DNA from: an uncultured delta proteobacterium
GTDB lineage: Bacteria; Desulfobacterota; Binatia; UBA9968
Assembly: GCA_963737905.1 (NCBI GenBank)
Contig: CAVTUQ010000001.1
Span: forward strand, 1 to 64,000
DNA: 64,000 bases
Direction: 5' to 3'
Part shown: piece by piece, positions 19,075 to 27,976 of the stretch
Layout: every line of letters starts with the position of its first letter
Numbering within the stretch: the stretch's first letter is position 1
Translations under genes and position numbers: made by a program
Notes under the pieces: model-generated
The model's input: only the letters and a program-made list of their open reading frames with translations
Database searches by the model: none
Told to the model about the DNA's origin: nothing

Positions 19075-20295
19075 CTAGACGACGTAGGGCTTTTCGGCAG
19101 TTGGCTGACACAGTGTTAGGAAGCCTTCTCGGATAAGGCGTTGGAGCAGCACAAGCTTGCCGGCGTCGTCGAGGTCGCCGGGAAGATCGGCGGCTGAGAA
19201 CTGCTCTGCCTCGGTGATAAACCGCAGTGTCGACTCGGCTTGGGCTGGAACCTGAACCATCTTACCGTGAAAATGCAGCACGACGTCATTCTCCGCCATC
19301 GTCAAGCGCCACTGCAATTTCAGCCTCCTCCAGACTTTAGTTTCAACGTTCAGTCGCTTCGCGGCCTCCAGATCCAGCAAGTGACCGTCTAGCAATGGCT
19401 GCCTGCCAAGAAGGGCCTTCTCCGCCGCGGTTTCAATGAAAGAGACGGGCTCGATCCGTTTATGTAAGAGTGCCAGCAGCTCAGCGAGTCGATTCTTGGC
19501 TAGCACCTTCAGTTCCGCATTAGCGGCAAACCCCAGCGGCAGCGACTCTCGAAAACGCGCATCCTCTTCGATCACCGACTCAGCAGCTTGCAGCACAACC
19601 GCCGCCCAAGTGACGGGAATTACCCCTACGGTCAGATGGAGGGACGCCGAGTCGACTGCCACGGCGTCATGCATAAATCCCCGCGGGATATAGATGAGAT
19701 CTCCGGGACGGAGGTCGAGTTCTTCTACGAGCTCCCCGGGTTCCATTTGCGGATTGTAGGTCTGACCCGGAAGGGGTAATTGGATCGGACCGCGGTATAG
19801 CCGCCAGTGCTTGGATCCTTCAGCCTGGAGCACAAAGACGTCATGCGCGTCGTAGTGAGTATTGAGACCTTTCTCATTTGCCGGAGTAAGGTAAGCGTTG
19901 ATCTGAAAATACGCCGAAAGTTCAGCAGCGAGAGATCGGCATAGTTCCGTCAACGGCTTCCAGCGCTCGTGAAGAAATTGGAGAACAATCGTCGAACCCT
20001 TGCGGTACTCTTCGTACAATGATTCTAACTGTACCGCTGGGCTTCCTAAACGGTTTGCTCTCAGCTGTTTGAGGGGAGTCTCTTTACCCTCATTGAGCAC
20101 GCGGATCTGTGGCGGCCGTAGGCTCGAGGCGGACAAGATGGAGTCCACGCTCTCGAGGGAGAGCAGCCCTCTGTAGTAATCAGGGTCGGTCCTCCGAATG
20201 ATTAGCGGTTGCTTCTCCCAATAGACCCGCCCAAACGTCTCCGCGGCGACGGGGTCGATCAGGTATTTGAAGTCGAAATCAGCGCACTTGATCAT
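19075..20295 (-). CDS. JmjC/Cupin_4 2OG-Fe(II) oxygenase (ROXA/NO66/YcfD-like) with C-terminal winged-helix-like domain
   Basis: YWEKQPL, INAYLTP, HYD..DVFVLQAEGSKHW (HxD) and LRPGDLIYIPRGFMH (distal His); C-terminal LLQRLIREGFL. Confidence 0.9.
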   Translation of the reverse strand: MIKCADFDFKYLIDPVAAETFGRVYWEKQPLIIRRTDPDYYRGLLSLESVDSILSASSLRPPQIRVLNEGKETPLKQLRANRLGSPAVQLESLYEEYRKGSTIVLQFLHERWKPLTELCRSLAAELSAYFQINAYLTPANEKGLNTHYDAHDVFVLQAEGSKHWRLYRGPIQLPLPGQTYNPQMEPGELVEELDLRPGDLIYIPRGFMHDAVAVDSASLHLTVGVIPVTWAAVVLQAAESVIEEDARFRESLPLGFAANAELKVLAKNRLAELLALLHKRIEPVSFIETAAEKALLGRQPLLDGHLLDLEAAKRLNVETKVWRRLKLQWRLTMAENDVVLHFHGKMVQVPAQAESTLRFITEAEQFSAADLPGDLDDAGKLVLLQRLIREGFLTLCQPTAEKPYVV

Positions 20296-20301
20296 CCAGT
20301 C

Positions 20302-20595
20302 TTACAGCCCATCCGTCGGATCGGTGTCAATGCGGTGAATTTCGTCATCCGGGTCTTTATCGAGTATACTGACTCCATCTTGGTAGTCGTGATTGCCGAC
20401 AACGATCTGACTGACGTTCAGGAGACCTGAGGTCGGAACCCGAAAGTCGACGTTGAGGACCCGGATATCTTCGGCGTTCAGAGACCGGCGCTGCGATTGC
20501 TTCACAGCAGAAACCAGTAAAAGCTTCTTCTTGATAGCCATCTCCTTCTTCGGGAGCTTTGTGCCCCCCTGCCGCTCCGGGGATTTTGTTGCCAT
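20302..20595 (-). CDS. Small protein with basic N-terminus and Asp-rich C-terminus (candidate precursor or substrate peptide)
   Basis: Strong RBS GAGGAGG; stops 6 nt before the JmjC start; C-terminal DKDPDD and DTDPTD motifs. Confidence 0.7.
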   Translation of the reverse strand: MATKSPERQGGTKLPKKEMAIKKKLLLVSAVKQSQRRSLNAEDIRVLNVDFRVPTSGLLNVSQIVVGNHDYQDGVSILDKDPDDEIHRIDTDPTDGL

Positions 20596-20920
20596 AACAC
20601 CTCCTCTTCTTCCTTCGCCTTGATATCACAATTGAACGGTTTTTGCTCACACTCGCCGAGTTGCTAGGCCGCGAAGTAAGGAGCGTTAATAACTAGAAGA
20701 TTAAGATACGGAATTGAAACTGCAAAAACCGTCCAAGTAAATTCTCTGCACATTTTTTATCACAATCCGAGCGGTCTAGGCAATGGAATCTGCTCATTGC
20801 ACTCAGCAATTGAGCTACCTGAGCGAAAGTGAGAAAATCAACCGGCTCATAGGAAAGTCAAATTGTAGATTCCTGATCGCTAGACCTATAGACTCAAAAA
20901 GTAAGAGAATAAAACGCGTG

Positions 20921-20943
20921 AGATGATTCAGGGTCAGATCTTT
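20921..20943 (+). repeat. 23-bp direct repeat, right of the JmjC module (REP-like GGGTCAGATCTTT...TTTGAC)
   Basis: AGATGATTCAGGGTCAGATCTTT. Confidence 0.8.
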
Positions 20944-21095
20944 ACTTTTACTTTTGACATTTGAAATTCAATTTTGCGCTGAATCGGAACAGGCCTATCA
21001 AAATATTGGGCTTCGTACCTGCACAACTAGACAGTCTTTCGATTAATCGCCCCGACTGCGTTATCTGTTTAGTCGCAATTGCGGCCCGTGGCTTG

Positions 21096-21356
21096 TCAGA
21101 ATTGCCGTTCGTAGTCCTCGTGGCTGCCTGCCCAGAACCACGTGACTGTGTCACCTTCTAAAATACCCAAGGCCCGTTAGTTTCGCGTGAGACGGATGGA
21201 CCAGATACGTTCTTCTTGTTCAACACATTTGAAATGTAACGATGGGTGGAACGGCGAGTCGCACCAGAGTTGGTAGGATTTTCTTGCGGCCTTCTTAGCC
21301 TCGTCGGGAAGGGTTTGGTAGGCGTCCCAAAAGCTCGGCAGCGTCTTGGATTTCAC
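21096..21356 (-). pseudogene. RelE/ParE-like toxin with an internal stop codon
   Basis: Manual translation MKSKTLPSFWDAY...PFHPSLHFKCV...IWSIRLTRN*RALG...VTWFWAGSHEDYE; TAA at 21177-21179; GTGA overlap with the antitoxin. Confidence 0.85.
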
Positions 21357-21580
21357 AGCTTATCGAAATCCATGTCCGTTGCCTTGCCCGCTGCTATTTC
21401 TTTTCGCGCCTTACGAGCAGCCGCAACCAGCCCGCCTTTTTTGCTTTCTATCAAAGCATCCCATTTCGCCTCCTCTCGAACGTCTTCAACCAAAATTCGA
21501 AGCTCCTCGACAACTCGATCTTGAACCGATTCTGGAAGAGACTCAATCATCTTTGTAGCTGTTTCCGTAGCTTTACTCAT
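21353..21580 (-). CDS. Putative antitoxin
   Basis: 75 aa with EAKWD...AARKARKEIAAGKA; translationally coupled to the toxin. Confidence 0.75.
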   Translation of the reverse strand: MSKATETATKMIESLPESVQDRVVEELRILVEDVREEAKWDALIESKKGGLVAAARKARKEIAAGKATDMDFDKL

Positions 21581-21702
21581 AATGAAGACATTGTATCAAA
21601 GCCGATTTGGCAGTGCCACTGAAGATTACATACTGGCGCTGGCTGGTGAAATCGACCAGGTCACGTTTCCTTGGTTTACGGGGAAGCCGCCGCTGATCGA
21701 TT

Positions 21703-22527
21703 TTATACGTACATTCTATTATTCGAAATCTTCTCTCTTTCGAAATTTCCGACCACGCGTTCGCCGACGACATCCTCTGGTCTTAGTTTGCTGCGTTTCT
21801 GATCGGCCGCCTCGGGAATGACGAGTCTGGCTAGCGAAAAAGAGTTCTCCATGCGCCGCTTAGGATGGCCAGATAGATCCCGAAGAGAACGAAGGGTAAT
21901 CAGGAAATTCCTTTTCCACCGGTCACTGAAGGCAATGCCGAAAGGGATCCCAATGACAAAGCCAATGATGTGAGCGACGTAGGCGACGTGGGGATCGTAA
22001 CCCGGTATCCGGCTTTTTGCGGCAACCACGGCGACGTTGTAGACGAAATAAATAATGGCCACCAATCCCTGGGGCGCGAGGAAAAGCCAGGAGAACTTGA
22101 GCGGGCTCACGAGCATCACGCATGCCGCCAGCGTGAAAATCGCGGCCGAGGCGCCCAGCATTCCAGTCCCATGGGGCATAAAAGGAAGGCTAAGAATGAA
22201 GCTTAGTATTCCGCCCGTGAAGAAGACGATCAAGTGCTTACCCGGACCAACGGTTTTCTCCAAAGTGCTTCCGAAGACGAATAGAAAGAGCATATTGCCG
22301 ACAAGGTGCAAGACGTTTGCGTGGACAAACAGGGCCGCCACAAGCGTCCATACTCTTCCCTTCCCGAGATTAGCAAAGCTGACCACAAGATTGTGTTCCG
22401 CAAATATCGGAGGCTGTTGCCAAGCCCAGACGCTGGCCCCGATGCAAGTCAATATGAGTAGCGAGTTGATTCTCAAGGAAGTGTCAGATTTTACCGCACC
22501 TTTGCACTGAAAAGAAAAACGAAACAA
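21703..22527 (-). CDS. Rhomboid family intramembrane serine protease (ends uncertain, probable C-terminal frameshift)
   Basis: FVHANVLHLVGNM, catalytic GASAA and AYVAHIIGF. Confidence 0.85.
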   Translation of the reverse strand: MFRFSFQCKGAVKSDTSLRINSLLILTCIGASVWAWQQPPIFAEHNLVVSFANLGKGRVWTLVAALFVHANVLHLVGNMLFLFVFGSTLEKTVGPGKHLIVFFTGGILSFILSLPFMPHGTGMLGASAAIFTLAACVMLVSPLKFSWLFLAPQGLVAIIYFVYNVAVVAAKSRIPGYDPHVAYVAHIIGFVIGIPFGIAFSDRWKRNFLITLRSLRDLSGHPKRRMENSFSLARLVIPEAADQKRSKLRPEDVVGERVVGNFEREKISNNRMYV

Positions 22528-22627
22528 TTATTTCTGGCTCGTTCAGGCTTTCGTGTGGAGAATCTGGCACCGTCGCGTTGATTTCGTCACCACGAAAGGA
22601 TTCACGATCTTACACACGCCCACAGAC

Positions 22628-22799
22628 ATGAAATGCAGATCTTCGTCATGCCGGCACGGATGGCCGGCATCCATGTGCGCAAGGATGCATCCGGAAACAT
22701 CCATGTCGGCCTGGATTCCAGCACTCCATGCTGGAATGACGGAATCGAGGAGTCGTACTAAAACTGACCCAGGCCCTTCACTTCACCCCGCGTATTTTT
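22628..22799 (+). repeat. About 170-bp dispersed palindromic element (GTCATGCC...GGAATGAC), copy 1
   Basis: Closely matches the reverse complement of 37337-37501; two internal hairpins. Confidence 0.85.
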
Positions 22800-22888
22800 A
22801 AAGAAGATCACGAGGACACGAGGATCGGATAACGGAGATGGCCGAGATCGGCTTGACCTAAATTATTAACTTCAAGCAATGAGAGCGG

Positions 22889-24046
22889 CTAGATTAGACC
22901 CTGGGTTCTGGCAGTTGTGTAAAACTGCTTCCTGGCGATTAATTCGGCTCCTAAACCGAAGAGCATAACCAGAGGGACCACGAGCCATCCGATGAAAGGA
23001 ATAATGGCGAGAAGGTAGTAGACGAACAGCCCCAAAACGAAAGCGGAGGCGCGGCTCGAGGCCGGCCGCAAACGAGCGAGAATGAATTCACCGATTCGGC
23101 CGATCGCGTAGATTCGCGCCCAATAGAGCACGATGAAAAACGCCGTCACGAGGATCAGTCCAAGGGGGATGGCCACAACGGTCGCAAACAGAAGGCTGCA
23201 CACGACCGGCAGCACGACTGCCGTGACAAATCCGATTCCCAATGATGCCCATGGCCTCTCTTTAAGCGTCGTGACCACGGATTGGTGAAATCTTGGCAGA
23301 AAACGCACCGAGAGCAGGCCCAGGATCAACGTAGAGATAAAATTGATCGACACAAACCCAAGCCACGCGAAGAACGCCGCCGGAAAAAGCCGCGGCCTTT
23401 CAGGCGGGACGTTTCTGACGATTTTCCCGCGGATACGCGCTCCTTCGCTGACCGAGGCTTCCCGGCGACTCCAGTAGTTCACGTCCCCCTGAATATCGGC
23501 CCGGGAGGCGATACGAAGCGTCCCCACCGCGGCGTCTACATTGCCTCCGACCCGATTCGCTACAATCAGAGTTCCCGCCGCCGCCTTCACGGAGCCGGTT
23601 AGCGGGGCGGATAAATCGATATTGCCTCCCGCGGCGACGAGCCCGCCGCGCACGACAGCCGAGGGGGCAAGCTCCACCTGGCCGCCGGCAACTGTCAAAT
23701 TTCTCCCGACGCCGCCGCTGATCGTTACCTGGCCGCCCGCAGCCCGCACATCCTGGGAAACGGTTCCCGAGAGACTGACTCTGCCGCCGGCTACGAGAAG
23801 GTCTCCGTTCACCGTGCCGTCGATAACGACCTGGCCGCCAGACGCATAGAGATCACCGTTTATGGTTCCGGAGATCTCCACAGTCCCACCAAAGGCGAAG
23901 TAGTCGCCGTTCACGACCTCGGAGGCCGGAACCGTTACATGACTACGCGATCCACTTCGGCCGGCGCGCTCCTGCGCATTCGCGGTGGCGAAAAAAAACA
24001 CACTCGCGACGATACACGCGGCGCAGGCGATTCTAGTCTTCAACAA
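22889..24046 (-). CDS. Membrane protein with bactofilin/polymer-forming beta-repeat domain
   Basis: Signal peptide, about 15-aa repeats (GGxVxIxGTVxGD) and five C-terminal TM helices. Confidence 0.8.
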   Translation of the reverse strand: MLKTRIACAACIVASVFFFATANAQERAGRSGSRSHVTVPASEVVNGDYFAFGGTVEISGTINGDLYASGGQVVIDGTVNGDLLVAGGRVSLSGTVSQDVRAAGGQVTISGGVGRNLTVAGGQVELAPSAVVRGGLVAAGGNIDLSAPLTGSVKAAAGTLIVANRVGGNVDAAVGTLRIASRADIQGDVNYWSRREASVSEGARIRGKIVRNVPPERPRLFPAAFFAWLGFVSINFISTLILGLLSVRFLPRFHQSVVTTLKERPWASLGIGFVTAVVLPVVCSLLFATVVAIPLGLILVTAFFIVLYWARIYAIGRIGEFILARLRPASSRASAFVLGLFVYYLLAIIPFIGWLVVPLVMLFGLGAELIARKQFYTTARTQGLI

Positions 24047-24334
24047 GCATCCTTTCTAATTCTAGACTAGCAAACACCGAGCGGTTGGCAATAACTTTTA
24101 GGGAGTTCATAGCAGGTGGCCAATGGGTTTGGCAAAAGTGTATGGGGCATCTGGGATCGTGCTGAATATTCAAAACAATCTTTGAGACCACCGCTCGATC
24201 CTGAAAAATCCGGATTCTGTGAGGGAAATTGGGAAAGCCGTGTAGTATAATGATGCCAGGTGGTTGGAAGGGTTGGCGCCCGGGCTTATCACACGTAGAG
24301 AAATTCCCAATTCATATATTAGGGAGCGAATCGA

Positions 24335-25714
24335 ATGCCGAAGATCTCCGCTAACGTGCTTGAAGCCGTCGGTAACACTCCGCTCGTCCGCCTGAACCGC
24401 GTTACCGAAGGAATTTCTGCGACGGTCTGTGCGAAATTGGAAGCCTCCAATCCGGGACGCAGCGTCAAAGACAGGATCGGCCTTGCGGTGGTCGAGGACG
24501 CGGAGCGCAGAGGATTGCTCAAGCCGGGAGGGACGATCGTCGAGCCCACTTCGGGAAACATGGGAGTGGCGCTGGCAATTGTCGCCGCGGTCAAGGGTTA
24601 CAAGTGTATCTTTACGATCCCGGACAAAATGAGCATCGAAAAAATTCGCCGCCTGCGAGCTTTTGGTGCGGAGGTGGTCGTGACCCCCACGGCGGTGCCG
24701 CCGGAATCCCCGCAGTCCTACTATTCGGTTGCCCGACGTCTTGCCGATGAGATCCCGGGCGCTTATATGCCCATGCAGTACGATAACCTCGCCAACCGGG
24801 AGGCCCATTACGCCTCCACGGGTCCCGAGATCTGGCATCAGACGGACGGCAAGATCACCCACTTTGTCGCTGGCATTGGAACCGCGGGGACAATCTCGGG
24901 AACCGCCAAATACCTAAAGGAAAGAAATCCGCAGTGCACGGTTGTTGGAGTCGATCCTGAGGGGTCGATCCTGGCAAAGGCTTTCAAGCATGAGCCGTGG
25001 TCATGGAGCGACTCACACCCCTACAAGGTCGAAGGGATCGGCGAGGACTTTGTGCCGAAGAACCTGCTCTTCCAATACATCGACGAGGTCGTAACGGTTT
25101 CCGACCGCGACTCGTTTCTGATGGGCAGGCGGCTTACCCGGGAGGAGGGCCTGTTCTGTGGCGGATCTTCCGGTACAGCGGTCGAAGGCGCCCTTGTGTA
25201 CGCCCGCGAGCACCAGCTCGGCAAGGACGACATTGTCGTCGTCTTACTGCCCGATGCGGGAGAAATTTATCTCTCGAAGATGTACTCCGATGAATGGATG
25301 AGACAAAACCAGTTCCTGGGCAGAAGCGCGCGGGTGGGCGACATTCTCGAATCGAAACGGCGCAAGCTCCCCGAGCTTCTATCGGTCGAGATGACGTCCA
25401 CCGTGCGCGATGCGATCGCGACCATGAATCGCTTCGGCGTCTCGCAACTCCCCGTATTCGATAAGGGGAATCTCGTCGGGTCACTGTGCGAGAGCGCGCT
25501 CTTCCAAAGGTCCATGGAGACTCCCGAGGTAATGGAGCTTACCGTGGGCGCTTTGCTTGACCCACCGTTTCCCACAGTCGGAGCGGATGAAGACCTCTAT
25601 GAGGTCTTGAAGCTCCTCAAGTCGTCAGCGGCTGTTCTGGTCCGAGACGCGGAGAAGTATCAGGGAATTGTGACGCGATTCGATGTCGTCGGTCACTTAG
25701 GCGGGCAGCCCTGA
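24335..25714 (+). CDS. cbs: Cystathionine beta-synthase with C-terminal CBS domains
   Basis: GNTPLVRL, PLP lysine SVKDR, EPTSGN, GIGTAGT, YKVEGIGED and tandem CBS domains. Confidence 0.9.
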   Translation: MPKISANVLEAVGNTPLVRLNRVTEGISATVCAKLEASNPGRSVKDRIGLAVVEDAERRGLLKPGGTIVEPTSGNMGVALAIVAAVKGYKCIFTIPDKMSIEKIRRLRAFGAEVVVTPTAVPPESPQSYYSVARRLADEIPGAYMPMQYDNLANREAHYASTGPEIWHQTDGKITHFVAGIGTAGTISGTAKYLKERNPQCTVVGVDPEGSILAKAFKHEPWSWSDSHPYKVEGIGEDFVPKNLLFQYIDEVVTVSDRDSFLMGRRLTREEGLFCGGSSGTAVEGALVYAREHQLGKDDIVVVLLPDAGEIYLSKMYSDEWMRQNQFLGRSARVGDILESKRRKLPELLSVEMTSTVRDAIATMNRFGVSQLPVFDKGNLVGSLCESALFQRSMETPEVMELTVGALLDPPFPTVGADEDLYEVLKLLKSSAAVLVRDAEKYQGIVTRFDVVGHLGGQP

Positions 25715-26885
25715 TGGCAGGAAAGAAGGGCGGCGGGCATCTCACGCAATTTGCCACGCGTGCCATCCACGTCGGACAGGAACCCGAATCCGCGACCGGG
25801 GCGGTCACTGTTCCGATCTTTCAGACCAGCACTTTCGCGCAGAGCGCGCCCGGCGTCCATAAAGGGTACGACTACTCGCGGACCGACAATCCGACACGCA
25901 CGGCGCTCCAGACGGCGCTCGCAAGCCTGGAGGAGGCCGAATACTGCCTCGCCTTCTCATCCGGCATGGGCGCGGCGACCACGGCGATGCTGCTGTTCAA
26001 GCAGGGCGATCACGTGGTCTCCTCGCGCGACGTCTATGGCGGCACCTACCGGCTGTTCAGGTCCGTGTTGCGAAACTTCGGGCTCACATTTTCTTTCGTT
26101 GAAACCTCCAGCACGAGAGAAATCGAGCGCGCGATGACCCGGCAGACCCGGCTTGTCTGGATCGAGTCGCCGACCAATCCCGCTGCTCCGGATTACCGAC
26201 ATCCGCGCGGCGGCAAAAATCGCCCATCAACACGGAGCTCTCTGTCTTGTCGACAACACCTTCGCGTCCCCCTTCTTCCAGCGGCCCCTTGGGCTCGGCG
26301 CCGATCTCGTCACTTCACTCCACGACAAAATACCTGGCGGGACATGCGGACGTGGTCGGGGGAGCCATCTGCCTTAATGAACCCTCGCTCTATAAGCGGC
26401 TCAAGTTTCTGCAAAATGCGGCGGGCGCGACGCCTTCACCCTTCGATTGCTTTCTCACGCTTCGAGGGCTGAAGACGCTGGCGCTGCGCATGCGAGAGCA
26501 CGAAAAAAACGCGATCGAGATCGCGCAGTTTTTGCAGGACCATCCACGCGTGCGCCGGGTCTACTATCCCGGGCTGCCCAGCCACCCCGGCCATGATATC
26601 GCCGCGTCTCAGATGGATGGCTTCAGCGGGATCGTTTCCTTTGAAGTGAAAGGAGGCCTGGCGGAGGCGCGCCGCGTTTTGGCGCGCTTGGGCATCTTCA
26701 AGATCGCGGAGAGTCTCGGGGGTGTCGAGTCACTCGTCGAGTTGCCTGCGATCATGACCCACGCCTCGATCCCCAAAGCAGAGCGCAAGAAGGCGGGACT
26801 CGATGATGGACTGATCCGCTTGTCCGTGGGAATTGAGCACATAAAGGACCTTCTCGAAGATCTGAAGCGCGCACTAGGCTCGTAG
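25714..26885 (+). CDS. Cystathionine gamma-lyase/synthase, two frameshifts (about 26180 and 26312), probably sequencing errors
   Basis: [19 protein letters not shown] and IESPTNP, then VDNTF, then [19 protein letters not shown] and IRLSVGIE in shifted frames. Confidence 0.85.
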
Positions 26886-27100
26886 CACGGGCCTCATGCG
26901 TCCAATAGACTCCCAGATGGAAATCGCGAGATCTTCGAGATGCAGCTTGCAAGACCCTATTGCCCCGCCATCGCTATCAAGCCCGACTAAGTTCCGCGCG
27001 CTTTGAGTTTTTGGACATGAGATTCTCGATTCTCAAACGTGTCTCAGTCTCTAATGTAGTGCCTCTTAAAATGAAGGCACCTATTGTTCAACATAAAGTC

Positions 27101-27237
27101 GAAATTCTCGATCAGGGAAATTGACTCGCGCCAAGGCGCAAAGCACGCCAAGTTCGGAGGGAAGAGATGAATTATCTTGGAAAGATTGTTCACCGTTATT
27201 CTCCGACCTTTGCGGCCTTGGCGTCTTTGCGCGAGAT
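27101..27237 (+). repeat. Dispersed imperfect palindrome (CGCCAAGGCGCAAAG...CTTTGCGGCCTTGGCG), copy 1
   Basis: Direct match to 50076-50213. Confidence 0.85.
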
Positions 27238-27338
27238 CTTTTGAGTATCAGTTGCGGCAAATGACTTTGAAACTTCACAGTCGGACGCCTTGGCTGCTCC
27301 AGGATTCCACCTCGCTTCCGGCAACTGCAGAATCCGGG

Positions 27339-27842
27339 TTAAATTGCCTCTTGGCTTTTCACCGATCTCGCTTCGAGATCTAAAAGCGCCGCCTTCGTCT
27401 CGAGGCCGCCGGCAAACCCGGTAAGCGCTCCGTCCGCGCCGACGACACGATGACATGGCACGACAATAGAAAGCGGATTCTTGCCGTTGGCGGCTCCGAC
27501 CGCTCTGGCGGCGTAGGGCGCGCCGACAGCCCTTGCCAAATCCAGATAACTCCTGGTCTTTCCGAATGGTATTTCTCTCAACGCATGCCAGACCTTTTTC
27601 TGGAATTCGGTCCCCTCCGGCTGAAGAGCGAGATCAAACTGGATTCGTTTGCCTGCGAAATACTCCGAGAGCTGCCGCTCGGTCTCGAGCAGGATCGGGT
27701 GCTGGGGATCGAGATTCATCGTATCGAGCTTGACGCGATTCGGACGTTCCCGCTCCCAGAGAACGGCGACCAGAGCTTTAGAGCTTGCGACCAATTTGAG
27801 TTTGCCGACAGGCGATTTCATCTCCTTGTAGAAGAGAGTCAT
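27339..27842 (-). CDS. ogt: Methylated-DNA--protein-cysteine methyltransferase
   Basis: GTEFQKKVW, ARAVGAANGKNP and active site PCHRV. Confidence 0.95.
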   Translation of the reverse strand: MTLFYKEMKSPVGKLKLVASSKALVAVLWERERPNRVKLDTMNLDPQHPILLETERQLSEYFAGKRIQFDLALQPEGTEFQKKVWHALREIPFGKTRSYLDLARAVGAPYAARAVGAANGKNPLSIVVPCHRVVGADGALTGFAGGLETKAALLDLEARSVKSQEAI

Positions 27843-27892
27843 GTTCGTTCCTCCTTTTTTTTGTTATTCCGGGTTTTCTGTGAAGAAGTATT

Positions 27893-27976
27893 CACCACAG
27901 AGGCGCCGAGTTCCCAGAGAGGCGGAATTTTTTTATCCAGAACTCTTTACTCCGCGTCGTCCGTGTCTCCGCGGTG
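27893..27976. repeat. Dispersed palindrome (CACCACAGAG...CTCCGCGGTG)
   Basis: Reverse complement aligns with 49953-50025; overlaps the alkA stop. Confidence 0.75.

Noticed and set aside
21177-21179. Stop-codon readthrough or recoding in the RelE/ParE-like toxin
   Set aside because: TAA is one substitution from a Tyr codon, TAA ends many other genes here, and no recoding signal is visible.
25714-26885. Programmed frameshifting or true pseudogenisation in the cystathionine lyase, GFA, YciI, SBP, VOC, integrase and dioxygenase genes
   Set aside because: Single-base indels are scattered over many unrelated, otherwise intact genes with no shared slippery motif. Sequencing or assembly error is simpler, and reads are needed to decide.
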